Below, piece by piece: positions 9,556-20,226 of a DNA stretch of 64,000 nt (position 1 is its first letter; the number at the start of each line of letters is the position of its first letter). The notes beneath the pieces were generated by a model. The model was not told where the DNA came from. It saw only the letters and a list, made by a program, of their open reading frames with translations, and did no database searches. Both the position numbers and the translations under genes were made by a program. This DNA is from an uncultured Bacteroidota bacterium (GTDB lineage: Bacteria; Bacteroidota; Bacteroidia; Flavobacteriales; Flavobacteriaceae). The DNA is taken from the NCBI GenBank assembly GCA_902515565.1, contig CABXVR010000005.1, forward strand, positions 7,745-71,744. The letters are read 5' to 3'.

Positions 9556-10908
9556 ATGAGAAAAATACTAATAATTGGTTCTGGAAAGTCTTCTTCATAC
9601 TTAATTAAATATCTATTAAGTAAATCTGAAAAAGAAAATTTATTTATAATAATTGCAGATAAATATATTTCAAAAACTAAAGCGTTATTAAATAATCATT
9701 CTAATTCAAAAGCATTAAAACTTGATGTATTTGATAACGTTTCTAGAGCAAAAGAAATTCTTGCAGCTGATATTGTAATTTCTATGCTACCTGCTCGATT
9801 CCACCTAATGGTTGCAAAAGACTGCATTAAACACAGTAAAAACATGTTGACAGCGTCATATATAAGTGATGAAATGCTTGCTTTAAATAATAAGGCTATA
9901 GAAAAAGACATAGTAATTATGAATGAAATTGGTTTAGACCCTGGAATTGACCATATGAGTGCAATGAAGGTTATTGATCACATTAAAGAAAAAAATGCAA
10001 AAATTACTTTATTTGAGTCTTATACAGGAGGATTAATTGCGCCAGAATCCGATAATAATTTATGGAACTATAAATTTACATGGAATCCTAGAAATGTTGT
10101 GCTTGCTGGTCAAGGAGGACCTGCAAAATTCGTTCAGCAAGGACACAATAAATATATACCATATAATAAACTTTTTAAAAGAACTCAAAAATTAGAAGTC
10201 AAAAATTATGGAAGTTTTGAAGGATATGCTAATAGAGACTCATTAAAATATAGAGAAATTTATGGATTAGAGGATATCAAAACTCTATGTAGAGGTACAA
10301 TTAGAAAAGTTGGTTTTAGTGAATCTTGGGATGTTTTTGTTCAACTAGGAATGACAGATGATAGCTATACAATTGAAAATAGCATGGATATGACTTTTAG
10401 AGATTTTGTAGATTTATTTTTACCATATAGCGCGAAAGACAAGGTTGAATTAAAATTACAAAAACAATTAAACATTTATGAATCAGAACCTATTTGGAAT
10501 AAATTATTAGAAATAGATTTATTCAGTAGCCAAAAGACTATTACAATAGACAAAGCAACTCCCGCACAAATATTAGAATTTATTCTTTGCAAAAGCTGGT
10601 CATTAGATCCTAATGATAAAGATATGATAGTAATGACTCATAAATTCATTTACGAGCTAAACAACAAAAAATATCAAATTGACTCAAATATGGTTTGTAT
10701 TGGTGAAGATCAAACATATACAGCAATGGCAAAAACTGTAGGGCTTCCATTAGCAATTGCAACATTAGCAATTTTAAATTCTAAAATTACAGTAAAAGGA
10801 GTGCAACTTCCAGTTAACAAGGCTATTTATAACCCAATCTTAAAAGAATTAATTGACTATGGAATAGAATTTAATGAATACGAAATTCCGTTTCAAACTC
10901 AAAACTAA
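9556..10908 (+). CDS. Saccharopine dehydrogenase family protein
   Basis: N-terminal Rossmann motif ILIIGSGKSS and GLDPGIDHM. Length of 450 aa is typical of the family. Confidence 0.8.
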   Translation: MRKILIIGSGKSSSYLIKYLLSKSEKENLFIIIADKYISKTKALLNNHSNSKALKLDVFDNVSRAKEILAADIVISMLPARFHLMVAKDCIKHSKNMLTASYISDEMLALNNKAIEKDIVIMNEIGLDPGIDHMSAMKVIDHIKEKNAKITLFESYTGGLIAPESDNNLWNYKFTWNPRNVVLAGQGGPAKFVQQGHNKYIPYNKLFKRTQKLEVKNYGSFEGYANRDSLKYREIYGLEDIKTLCRGTIRKVGFSESWDVFVQLGMTDDSYTIENSMDMTFRDFVDLFLPYSAKDKVELKLQKQLNIYESEPIWNKLLEIDLFSSQKTITIDKATPAQILEFILCKSWSLDPNDKDMIVMTHKFIYELNNKKYQIDSNMVCIGEDQTYTAMAKTVGLPLAIATLAILNSKITVKGVQLPVNKAIYNPILKELIDYGIEFNEYEIPFQTQN

Positions 10909-10929
10909 TACAATTAGTGACTAAACTTT

Positions 10930-11400
10930 ATGAAAAACATAAATAACACAATTACGATTGATGGCATAGATAAAGAAATCATTAGATCACTAATGACTAA
11001 TGCAAGGACCCCTATTTTAGAAATAGCAAAAAAAATTGGAGTTTCTGGTGCTGCAATTCACCAAAGACTAAGAAAACTTGAAAATTCTGAACTGATTGAG
11101 GGTTCAAAAATTATAATTAATCCAAAAGTTTTAGGACATAAAACTATGGCATTTATTGGAATTTATTTAGAAAAAGCTGGAGATAACGCATCAGTTGTTC
11201 GTGAATTAAAAAATATTCCTGAAGTTTTAGAGTGTCATTATACAACCGGTAATTGGAGTATTTTGACAAAAATATTATGTGTAGACAATGAGAATTTAAT
11301 GCAAATATTAAATAAAAAAATTCAAACCATTAATGGTGTTTCTAGAACTGAAACATATATTTCTTTAGATCAACAAATTGATAGACAAATTGCTATTTAG
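10930..11400 (+). CDS. Lrp/AsnC family transcriptional regulator
   Basis: HTH_AsnC N-terminus (IDKEIIRSLMTNARTPILEIAKKIGVSGAAIHQRLRKLE) plus a C-terminal RAM/AsnC_trans_reg domain. Confidence 0.9.
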   Translation: MKNINNTITIDGIDKEIIRSLMTNARTPILEIAKKIGVSGAAIHQRLRKLENSELIEGSKIIINPKVLGHKTMAFIGIYLEKAGDNASVVRELKNIPEVLECHYTTGNWSILTKILCVDNENLMQILNKKIQTINGVSRTETYISLDQQIDRQIAI

Positions 11401-11701
11401 AATACTTTTGAGATTTAATTATAAAATAAGGCCAAGGTATCGTTAAGGAAATACACCAAGCTATTGCCGCAATTTCTTCGGAATATGTAAAATATGTAAA
11501 TGCAAATATTAAAGTTGAATAAAAAGTAAGTTTTATAAAAAAACTTTTAAAAAATTTCAAATAATTAACTATGTCAAAGTTTTCTCGTTCTTTATCTGAC
11601 ATTGTATTATATCCTGCCAGAATGAATTTAGCATTTTCAGTATTTATGTACTTAGCTATGGCTATAAAAATAATATTAACAAAAAATAGAGCTACTATCA
11701 T
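11393..11701 (-). CDS. DUF3784-like small membrane protein
   Basis: Three hydrophobic helices and the AGYNTMSDKERENFD motif. Shares an ATGA overlap with leuS. Confidence 0.55.
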   Translation of the reverse strand: MIVALFFVNIIFIAIAKYINTENAKFILAGYNTMSDKERENFDIVNYLKFFKSFFIKLTFYSTLIFAFTYFTYSEEIAAIAWCISLTIPWPYFIIKSQKYSK

Positions 11702-14511
11702 ACAACTATGTTAATTATTTTTCCGGGGATAACAATTACTCTTTTAGGAGGCTTACCTTGTAATTTTGAGATTACCTCAGCGTTCGCTAAAATAACATTT
11801 TCAATTTCTTCTTTGTTTAATTCTAAAGATAGCTCAAGCTTAAGTTTAACTTTACCGTTTATTGATATTGGATAAATTTTAGTAGATTCAACTAGCATAG
11901 TAGAGTCAAATATTGGAAATGATTCAACGGTAATTGAATTAGAGTGTCCCAACATTTGCCAAAGTTCTTCGCAGATATGAGGAACATATGGAGATAATAA
12001 AATAAGTAGTGGCTCCAATATTTCTTTGCTATTGCATTTTTGAGCTGTCAATTCATTTACAGCAATCATAAAACACGAAACTGGAGTGTTAAATGAGAAA
12101 TTTTCAATATCATTTTCAACTTTTTTAATTGCTGTGTGTAATGTTTTTAAATTTTCTTTTGAGGGTTTTGAATTAAAATTTCTTATACCGGTATCGTTCG
12201 TGTAAAGTTTCCATAATTTTTTTAAAAAATTATGTACGCCTGAAATTCCTGCAGTGTTCCATGGTTTATACTGTTCTAATGGACCTAAAAACATTTCAAA
12301 TAACCTTAAACTATCAGCACCATACTGCTCACAAATTAAATCTGGATTTACAACATTATACCATCTTTTTGACATTTTTTCAATCTTTCTTCCAGCCTTA
12401 AAGCTATCGTTAACAAATTCAAAATGAGCATTTTTAAATTGTGGCTGCCAAGACTTTAAAGCATTAATATCCACTTCATCTGAACTATTTATTAAATTAA
12501 CATCAATATGAATTTCATCTACATCTTGATTATTCAATAAATCTTTAGAAATGAATTTCTTCGATATTGAATCCCTATAAATGATTGCGCTAGAACCAAG
12601 AATCATACCCTGATTAATAAGTTTTTTAAATGGCTCATCAAAACTTATAAAATCTAAATCATATAAAAATTTAGTCCAAAATCTAGAATATAATAAATGA
12701 CCTGTAGCATGTTCATTACCCCCAATATAAAGATCAACATTTTTCCAATAAGACAAACCGTCATTTTTTTTCACTGGATTAGTCCCTGAACTATTTGTAT
12801 ATTTTAAGAAATACCAAGAACTGCCTGCCCAACCAGGCATCGTGTTGAGTTCCAAAGGAAAAATTGTAGTATGATTAATCAATGAATTACTAACAGTTTT
12901 ATTTAATACAGTATCCCAAGCCCATTCATCGGCCCTGCCAAGTGGAGGGTCTCCATCTTTCGTTGGTAGATATTTTTCTATTTCCGGAAGTTTCAAAGGC
13001 AGATATGCTTCATCAATCATGTAAGGAAGGCCATTTTTATAATATACAGGGAAAGGCTCTCCCCAATATCTTTGTCTAGAAAATATAGCATCTCTTAATC
13101 TAAAATTCACCTTTTGCTTTCCAAAACCTTTTTGTTCAATATAGTTAATAGCCTTTTGGTTTGCCTCATTAAATGACAAATCATTAAGAAAGTCACTATC
13201 ACATAAACTAAATTTTTCTTTATTTGTAAAAGCCTCATTTGAAATATCAATATCCTTGAAAATATTTACAATTTTAATATCAAATTTTTTAGCAAAATCA
13301 TAATCTCTTTGATCTCCACATGGGACAGACATAACTGCTCCAGTTCCATAACTAGCCAATACATAATCGCCAATCCAAATTTCTATTGGATTTTTAGTTA
13401 TTGGGTGCACTGCATAAGCACCTGTAAAAACACCTGAAATTGATTTTACATTAGAAAGTCTGTCTCTCTCACTTTTTGTGTTAACTTCTTTGATATAGTT
13501 TGTTACCTCATTTAATTTATCAATTGTAACAATTTTTTTAACTAATTCATGCTCTGGTGCTAAAGTCATAAAACTAACTCCAAAAATTGTGTCGGGCCTA
13601 GTTGTAAAAACTTCAATTTTATCCTCAAAATCAACTATATCAAAAAACAAAGAACATCCAGTAGACTTTCCGATCCAATTTTTTTGAGTTTCTTTTATTG
13701 AATAACTCCAATCTATTTTATTTAAATCATTTAACAGCCTATCTGCGTAACATGAAATTCTCATATTCCACTGTCGCATTTTTCTTTTCTCAATTGGAAA
13801 ACCTCCTCTTTCAGAAACTCCATTAACTATTTCATCATTTGCTAATACAGTTCCTAACTCAGGACACCAATTAACCTCTGAATCTGCTAAATATGCTATT
13901 CTATATGAAAGTAGAATTCGTTGTTTTTTATCATTCGAATAATTATTCCATTCTGATGATGTAAAGACTTCAATTTCACTATCATTTTCAACCCTAATAT
14001 TACTATTTCCATTTGATGAAAAAATATCGACTAATTTATCAATATGTTTAGCTTTCTGATTATCATAATCATACCAAGAGTTAAACAATTGAATAAAAAT
14101 CCATTGAGTCCATCTGTAATAATTTGGATCACTTGTTCTTAGCTCTGTTGACCAATCAAAAGAAAATCCTATTTTATCAAGCTGACTTCTATAAGTATTA
14201 ATATTATTTAAGGTTGTTTTTTTTGGATGTTGTCCAGTCTGAATAGCATATTGCTCAGCGGGCAATCCAAAGCTATCATATCCTTGTGGATGTAAAACAT
14301 TAAACCCTTTTAATGTTTTATATCTAGAATATACATCTGAGGCAATATAGCCAAGAGGGTGTCCAACGTGAAGCCCCGCGCCACTTGGGTATGGAAACAT
14401 ATCCAAACTATAAAATTTTGGTTTTGTGTGATCTATCTTAGACTTATAAGTTTTATTTACAGCCCAATTAGCTTGCCATTTTTTTTCAATTGTTTGAAAA
14501 TTATATTTCAT
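11698..14511 (-). CDS. leuS: Leucine--tRNA ligase
   Basis: HIGH motif (LHVGHP), KMSKS motif (KMSKRW) and a CP1 editing insert. Length is 937 aa. Confidence 0.95.
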   Translation of the reverse strand: MKYNFQTIEKKWQANWAVNKTYKSKIDHTKPKFYSLDMFPYPSGAGLHVGHPLGYIASDVYSRYKTLKGFNVLHPQGYDSFGLPAEQYAIQTGQHPKKTTLNNINTYRSQLDKIGFSFDWSTELRTSDPNYYRWTQWIFIQLFNSWYDYDNQKAKHIDKLVDIFSSNGNSNIRVENDSEIEVFTSSEWNNYSNDKKQRILLSYRIAYLADSEVNWCPELGTVLANDEIVNGVSERGGFPIEKRKMRQWNMRISCYADRLLNDLNKIDWSYSIKETQKNWIGKSTGCSLFFDIVDFEDKIEVFTTRPDTIFGVSFMTLAPEHELVKKIVTIDKLNEVTNYIKEVNTKSERDRLSNVKSISGVFTGAYAVHPITKNPIEIWIGDYVLASYGTGAVMSVPCGDQRDYDFAKKFDIKIVNIFKDIDISNEAFTNKEKFSLCDSDFLNDLSFNEANQKAINYIEQKGFGKQKVNFRLRDAIFSRQRYWGEPFPVYYKNGLPYMIDEAYLPLKLPEIEKYLPTKDGDPPLGRADEWAWDTVLNKTVSNSLINHTTIFPLELNTMPGWAGSSWYFLKYTNSSGTNPVKKNDGLSYWKNVDLYIGGNEHATGHLLYSRFWTKFLYDLDFISFDEPFKKLINQGMILGSSAIIYRDSISKKFISKDLLNNQDVDEIHIDVNLINSSDEVDINALKSWQPQFKNAHFEFVNDSFKAGRKIEKMSKRWYNVVNPDLICEQYGADSLRLFEMFLGPLEQYKPWNTAGISGVHNFLKKLWKLYTNDTGIRNFNSKPSKENLKTLHTAIKKVENDIENFSFNTPVSCFMIAVNELTAQKCNSKEILEPLLILLSPYVPHICEELWQMLGHSNSITVESFPIFDSTMLVESTKIYPISINGKVKLKLELSLELNKEEIENVILANAEVISKLQGKPPKRVIVIPGKIINIVV

Positions 14512-14620
14512 GAATGATCAAAAGTAGATATGCTAACAAATTTACATTTTCTTGTTATAATAGAAAATCTTTTTAGATATAGATTTAGTTCTTTATTTTT
14601 ACATTAAATCATTAGTTTAA

Positions 14621-15493
14621 ATGAATAATAACAAATCAAATAGACATAGAATTTTTTCTTCTTACGTTTCTGTAGTTGTAAGTATTTCAATGGTACTGTT
14701 TTTATTTGGCATATTATCTTTTACTATAGTAAATATTAAAAATGTTTCTGCAAACTTTAAGGAATCATTGACTATGTCAATTTATTTAAAAGATGAAGCT
14801 AAAAGTGTTGATTTAAACCAAATAAAAAACTCATTAATAAGTTCTGAATTTGTGAAAGATTTAAAGTACATTTCAAAAGATGATGCAGTTTCAATTATGA
14901 AAACTGAATTTGGAGAAGATTTCATTAACGAACTTGGTTACAATCCATTAATAAATTCATTTGACATTAATCTAAAATCTGAATATGTAGATGGTAAAAA
15001 AATTGACAGCATCTCTAATTTATTGGCAAACAATAACAATTTTATTGATGACATTCAATATGACAAAGATTTGGTTAGTATGATGAATGCGAATTTAAAG
15101 AAAATTACATTATGGATGTTTCCAACAACTATTATCCTGTTTATTATTTCGGTGCTAATTATCAATAGTTCAATAAAACTTGCTATTTACTCCAATAGAT
15201 GGACTATCAAAACAATGCAATTGGTTGGAGCAACAAAAAGGTTCATTCGAAAACCTTTTATCATAAAAAATATTTTCCTCGGCTTATTTAGTTCTATTTT
15301 AGCCTCAACTCTTCTATATTTCACAATTTTGTACATAGACAACAAAATTCCTTTTATAGATATGTTTAATAATATCTATATTTTTTATGTTTTTTCATCT
15401 ATAATAATTTTGGGAGTCTTGATAAGTTGGATAAGCACCTATTTTGCAACTCAAAAACTTTTAAATTTAAATACAGAAAAATTATATAATTAA
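14621..15493 (+). CDS. ftsX: Cell division permease FtsX-like protein
   Basis: N-terminal TM segment, a periplasmic domain, then a C-terminal FtsX permease domain with 3 TM segments. Length is 290 aa. Confidence 0.8.
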   Translation: MNNNKSNRHRIFSSYVSVVVSISMVLFLFGILSFTIVNIKNVSANFKESLTMSIYLKDEAKSVDLNQIKNSLISSEFVKDLKYISKDDAVSIMKTEFGEDFINELGYNPLINSFDINLKSEYVDGKKIDSISNLLANNNNFIDDIQYDKDLVSMMNANLKKITLWMFPTTIILFIISVLIINSSIKLAIYSNRWTIKTMQLVGATKRFIRKPFIIKNIFLGLFSSILASTLLYFTILYIDNKIPFIDMFNNIYIFYVFSSIIILGVLISWISTYFATQKLLNLNTEKLYN

Positions 15494-15496
15494 GAA

Positions 15497-15745
15497 ATGG
15501 GAGAAAAAAAAAGAAGAGATAAAAATAATTTTATTTTTAAAAAAAGAAACTATAAAATAATGATTTTAGGGCTAATTATAATTGCCGTTGGATTCATTTT
15601 AATGTCTGGTGGAGGAAGTGAAGACCCCAACATCTTTAGTCCTGACATATATAATTTTAGAAGAATAAGACTAGCTCCTACTCTAGTGCTTTTAGGCCTT
15701 GGAATACAGATTTATGCTATATTGAGTACCACAGATAAAGAATAG
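15497..15745 (+). CDS. DUF3098-like small membrane protein
   Basis: 82 aa with two TM helices. Placement between ftsX and uppP matches what I recall for other Bacteroidota. Confidence 0.55.
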   Translation: MGEKKRRDKNNFIFKKRNYKIMILGLIIIAVGFILMSGGGSEDPNIFSPDIYNFRRIRLAPTLVLLGLGIQIYAILSTTDKE

Positions 15746-15747
15746 AT

Positions 15748-16542
15748 ATGGATATTTTAGAAGCTTTAGTACTTGGTGTAATTCAAGGTTTAACTGAATT
15801 CTTGCCAGTTTCGTCAAGTGGTCATTTAGAATTAGTAAAAGTGATTTTAGGGAATAACTCTGCAGCAGATCAAAGCTTGACTTTTACCGTAGTATTACAT
15901 TTTGCTACAGCGTTAAGCACTATCATTGTTTTCAAAGAAGAGGTTATTGAAATCATTAAAGGGTTATTACAATTTAAATGGAACACTGAATTTAAATTTT
16001 CATTAAAAATTATTATTTCTATGCTTCCAGCAGTAATTATTGGCTTATTTTTTGAAAAAGAGCTTGAATCATTATTCGGGGGGAAAATATTGCTAGTTGG
16101 CAGTATGTTATTGTTAACTGCATTATTACTACTGCTTGCAGATAAAGCAAAAAATACAAAAAAAGAAGTTTCTTATTTAGCTGCTGCAATAATTGGTATT
16201 TCTCAAGCAATAGCAATGCTCCCAGGGATTTCAAGATCGGGAGCAACAATTTCTACCTCAGTTTTATTAGGTATTGATAGAGCAAGAGCTGCAAAATTTT
16301 CATTTCTAATGGTAGTTCCATTAATTTTCGGAAAGATAGGCAAAGACCTTTTAAGTGGTAATTTAGACTTACAGTCTTCTGAATTAACACCTGTTATAGT
16401 AGGTTTTCTTGCTGCCTTTATTTCAGGTTTATTAGCATGTAAATGGATGATTTTAATTGTAAAGAAAAGTAAACTTTCTTACTTCTCAATTTACTGCGGG
16501 GTTATTGGTTGTATTGCAATTGGTTATTCAATTTTAAATTAA
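15748..16542 (+). CDS. uppP: Undecaprenyl-diphosphate phosphatase
   Basis: BacA/UppP motifs EFLPVSSSGHL and PGISRSGATI in a polytopic 264-aa protein. Confidence 0.92.
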   Translation: MDILEALVLGVIQGLTEFLPVSSSGHLELVKVILGNNSAADQSLTFTVVLHFATALSTIIVFKEEVIEIIKGLLQFKWNTEFKFSLKIIISMLPAVIIGLFFEKELESLFGGKILLVGSMLLLTALLLLLADKAKNTKKEVSYLAAAIIGISQAIAMLPGISRSGATISTSVLLGIDRARAAKFSFLMVVPLIFGKIGKDLLSGNLDLQSSELTPVIVGFLAAFISGLLACKWMILIVKKSKLSYFSIYCGVIGCIAIGYSILN

Positions 16543-16562
16543 TTATTTAAAAATTAGAGTTA

Positions 16563-17249
16563 ATGAATGTTGAGGATTTTAAAAATGGCCAAGTTTTGCT
16601 AATTAATAAACCACTAAATTGGACCTCATTTCAAGTTGTAAACAAAATCAGATGGCTGATTAAAAATAAGTTTGGAATAAAAAAAATTAAAGTTGGTCAC
16701 GCAGGAACATTAGATCCTCTGGCAACAGGACTACTAATTATTTGTACAGGAAAAATGACTAAGAAAATTTCTAGTTTTCAAAATCAAACAAAAAAATACA
16801 CAGGGACTTTTCTTATTGGTTCAACAACTCCATCATTCGACCTGGAAACAAAACCAGATAACAGTTTTCCAGTAGATCATATTAATAAGGATTTAATCAT
16901 TAATGCAACCAAAAGTTTTATTGGTAAAATAAAACAAAAACCACCTATTTATTCTGCAATAAAAAAAGATGGCAAAAGACTATATGAGTCTGCAAGAATA
17001 GGAGAAAATATTGAAATAAATGATCGTGATATTGAAATATTAAATTTTAATATTTCAAGAATTAATATGCCACACATTGATTTTGAAGTAGAATGCAGTA
17101 AAGGAACTTATATTAGAGCTTTAGCAAACGATTTTGGGAAAAAATTAAATTCGGGGGCTACATTATATAAGTTAAATAGGACTAAAATTGGTGAATACTC
17201 AGTAAATAAATCAATATCAATTGAAGAATTTACTGAGAATATAAGCTAA
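16563..17249 (+). CDS. truB: tRNA pseudouridine(55) synthase
   Basis: Catalytic motif GHAGTLDPLATGLL. Length is 228 aa. Confidence 0.92.
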   Translation: MNVEDFKNGQVLLINKPLNWTSFQVVNKIRWLIKNKFGIKKIKVGHAGTLDPLATGLLIICTGKMTKKISSFQNQTKKYTGTFLIGSTTPSFDLETKPDNSFPVDHINKDLIINATKSFIGKIKQKPPIYSAIKKDGKRLYESARIGENIEINDRDIEILNFNISRINMPHIDFEVECSKGTYIRALANDFGKKLNSGATLYKLNRTKIGEYSVNKSISIEEFTENIS

Positions 17250-18049
17250 AAAACAACTTCATCTGATTCTAAGTCTAAATCTTTGGTGTATGGAATTTTT
17301 TCTAAAATTGTCTTTATAGCTTGAGTTCTTGCGTTAACTTTTCTGTTAGCTTCAATTATATTCCAAGGGGCATTAATTGTATTTGTCTTTAAAAACATTT
17401 GATCTTTATAAAAAGTATACTTATCCCACAATTCTTGAGCATTACTATCAACACTACTAAATTTCCATTTTTTTAATGGACTATTTTTAATTTCATTAAA
17501 CCTCTTTAATTGCTCATCTTTAGAGATAGAAAAATAAAATTTAATAAGATATGTATTTGAATCTGTAATCATTTTTTCAAAATCATTGACTTGACTCATA
17601 TAGGATAAGTAATCACTATCACTGCAAAAACCATTTACTGGTTCCACTACTGCTCTATTATACCAACTTCTATCAAAAAAAACCATATTTCCTTTACTTG
17701 GAAAATGGTTTACATATCTCTGAAAATACCAGCGACTTCTTTCATTTTCTGTAGGCTTAGGTAATGCAACAACTTTAATTTTTCTTGGATTCAAATGTTC
17801 AATAGTTCTTCTTATTGCACCACCCTTACCGGCTGAATCTCTTCCTTCAAATATTATAATTACTTTTTTATCATTGTCCGAAACCCATTTTTGAAGTTTA
17901 ATTAATTCAACCTGAAGCCTTTTCAAGTTAGTTTCATACTTAACATACCTCAAAGTTTTAGCAATAGTTGCACTTTCTTGGGTTAAAAGGTAAACTAAGG
18001 CTTTTTTTGAGCTCAACAATTTTAAATCTCTTAATGAGTACTTATTCAT
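17246..18049 (-). CDS. ppk2: Polyphosphate kinase 2 (single-domain PPK2), copy B
   Basis: Walker A FEGRDSAGKGG plus FDRSWYNR and the lid region. It is a paralog of the upstream gene at roughly half identity by eye. Confidence 0.88.
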   Translation of the reverse strand: MNKYSLRDLKLLSSKKALVYLLTQESATIAKTLRYVKYETNLKRLQVELIKLQKWVSDNDKKVIIIFEGRDSAGKGGAIRRTIEHLNPRKIKVVALPKPTENERSRWYFQRYVNHFPSKGNMVFFDRSWYNRAVVEPVNGFCSDSDYLSYMSQVNDFEKMITDSNTYLIKFYFSISKDEQLKRFNEIKNSPLKKWKFSSVDSNAQELWDKYTFYKDQMFLKTNTINAPWNIIEANRKVNARTQAIKTILEKIPYTKDLDLESDEVVF

Positions 18050-18831
18050 TTTTTTAAATTATTAATTGAAAATTCAAATAATGATAATACATATTTAATT
18101 GACTCTAATCTTGAGCTTTTTTTACTATCACTTTTTAAAATTTTCCAAGGATTTCCAGGTGTGTTTGTTTTGTCAAGCATTTTGTTTTTATAATCAGTAT
18201 AAACATCCCACTTTTTTTGCCCTTCTTTATCTACAATACTAAATTTCCACCTTTTTAAAGGGTCTGATAATCTGCTATTAAATCGATTTTTTTGAGTTTT
18301 TTTAGTAATTGAAAACCAAAATTTAATTAAAATTATATTTTCTTGAGTAATCATCTTTTCAAAATTGTTTACTTGATTCATGAAAATGTTATATTCATTA
18401 TCAGTGCAAAATCCCATAACTGGTTCTACAATTGCTCGATTATACCAACTTCTATCAAAAAATACTATTTCTCCATTATTTGGCAACTCTTTGATATATC
18501 TCTGAAAATACCATTGGCCTTTTTCTTTTGTTGTTGGTTTTGCTAAAGCTACCACTCGAGTTGTTCTAGGATTAAGGTGCTGTGTAAATCTTTTAATTGC
18601 ACCTCCTTTACCAGCTGCATCTCTGCCTTCAAAGACTATACAGACTTTTTTATTATTCTTTTGAATCCAGTTTTGAAGATCTACTAATGATGATTGTAGT
18701 TCAAGAAGTTCCTTGTTATAGCTGACAGTGCGTATAATTGAATTGTACTTTTTTTTTGAAAATCTATCTTTAAGTATTTCTAAAAAATTAGTTTTATCTA
18801 AATAAGTTGAGATCTCGCTAGTTTTAAGCAT
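18046..18831 (-). CDS. ppk2: Polyphosphate kinase 2 (single-domain PPK2), copy A
   Basis: Walker A FEGRDAAGKGG plus FDRSWYNR. Shares an ATGA overlap with the downstream paralog. Confidence 0.88.
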   Translation of the reverse strand: MLKTSEISTYLDKTNFLEILKDRFSKKKYNSIIRTVSYNKELLELQSSLVDLQNWIQKNNKKVCIVFEGRDAAGKGGAIKRFTQHLNPRTTRVVALAKPTTKEKGQWYFQRYIKELPNNGEIVFFDRSWYNRAIVEPVMGFCTDNEYNIFMNQVNNFEKMITQENIILIKFWFSITKKTQKNRFNSRLSDPLKRWKFSIVDKEGQKKWDVYTDYKNKMLDKTNTPGNPWKILKSDSKKSSRLESIKYVLSLFEFSINNLKK

Positions 18832-18834
18832 AAA

Positions 18835-20223
18835 TTAAAATTTAAATATGATTAAACTTGAAATAAAAACTAGTAATCCTACAAGCATAATAATAAGCGT
18901 ATAAGGTAAAATTTCTTTAGCTTTTAATTTTGTAATTGCCAATAATGGTAAAGCCCAAAATGGCTGTAACATATTAGTTAATTGGTCTCCATAAGCCAAA
19001 GCCATTACAACTTTCTGAATTGGCACATTTAACTCAGTCGCAGCTGCAATTACTACAGGACCTTGTATAACCCATTGCCCTCCACCACTAGGAACAAATA
19101 CGTTTACAATAGCAGCACTAAAAAAAGTAAATATAGGAAGTGTAAATTCGTTTGAAATAGAAATAAAAAAATCAGATACATAAACAATCAGTCCTGACTC
19201 TTTCATAATTCCCATAATTCCAAAATACAGAGGAAATTGAATTAATATACCTGATGCGCCATTAATAGACTCTTGTAAAGCGTTAAGAAATGATTTAAAA
19301 TTTGAATGCAATAAAATTGAAAGGCCTAACATGAAAAAATTAAGACTATTTGGTGTGATTTTAAAATTAATTAGCTCTTCTGAATATTGATAAAAGAAAG
19401 CAGTAAGTAAAATTAGTCCAAATATTGTTGAAAATATTCTTGAACTTTCGAGGTTATTTTTAACTATCTCAACCTGAACATCATTATCTATTATGTTTTC
19501 TTTTGATAATGCAGTATTTTGAGGTAATGAATTTTTTGAAAGAAAATAAAAAGTAAGTGGAACCAAAATTAGAAGCACTAAGAAAGTGATTAAATTTGCT
19601 GAACTTAAAACTGTTAAATCAAAATTTAAACTAGTTGGGAGATCGCTGTACAAATAAGAATCACTTCTTGAAGACATAAGACTAGACAAATGGTTGTCTT
19701 CAGCAACTTTTATTGGAGCTGACCCACTTATTCCTGAGTGCCATATCATAAGCCCTACATATCCAGCTGCACCAACTAATGGATAATTTAATTTTATATT
19801 ATTTTTAATTGAGTAGTCTCCTATTTTTCTTGCTAAAATAGCTCCAAAAATAAGCCCCAAACCCCAATTAAAAAATGCGACCAACATTACTGAAACACTA
19901 ACAATAATTACTGCTTTTTCAGTGCTATTAGCCTTTTTTGCTATTACTAATATTAATCTGCTAACAGGAGAACTTAAAACTAATATATTTCCTAAAACTA
20001 GTATTAGTATCATTTGATAAGCAAATACCAATAAATCATTATTCCAAATACCTTTCTCCCAAGAGGATAAAATTTCTAAAAAAGATAGAGAGGAATTTGA
20101 ATCAACAAAATTTGAAAATATAAGAGCAAGAATAATTGTAGTAAAAGTCAGAATTACTGCTATTATAAAAGGAGAAGGTAAAAACCTTTTAAAAATATTT
20201 TCAATGAATTTTGTTAAATACAT
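18835..20223 (-). CDS. AtoE-like short-chain fatty acid transporter family membrane protein
   Basis: 462-aa polytopic protein. The overall pattern (GLIFGAILARKIG, PSGGGQW, ALAYGDQLTNMLQPFWALP) matches the AtoE/TIGR00366 family as I recall it. Confidence 0.65.
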   Translation of the reverse strand: MYLTKFIENIFKRFLPSPFIIAVILTFTTIILALIFSNFVDSNSSLSFLEILSSWEKGIWNNDLLVFAYQMILILVLGNILVLSSPVSRLILVIAKKANSTEKAVIIVSVSVMLVAFFNWGLGLIFGAILARKIGDYSIKNNIKLNYPLVGAAGYVGLMIWHSGISGSAPIKVAEDNHLSSLMSSRSDSYLYSDLPTSLNFDLTVLSSANLITFLVLLILVPLTFYFLSKNSLPQNTALSKENIIDNDVQVEIVKNNLESSRIFSTIFGLILLTAFFYQYSEELINFKITPNSLNFFMLGLSILLHSNFKSFLNALQESINGASGILIQFPLYFGIMGIMKESGLIVYVSDFFISISNEFTLPIFTFFSAAIVNVFVPSGGGQWVIQGPVVIAAATELNVPIQKVVMALAYGDQLTNMLQPFWALPLLAITKLKAKEILPYTLIIMLVGLLVFISSLIIFKF

Positions 20224-20226
20224 GTG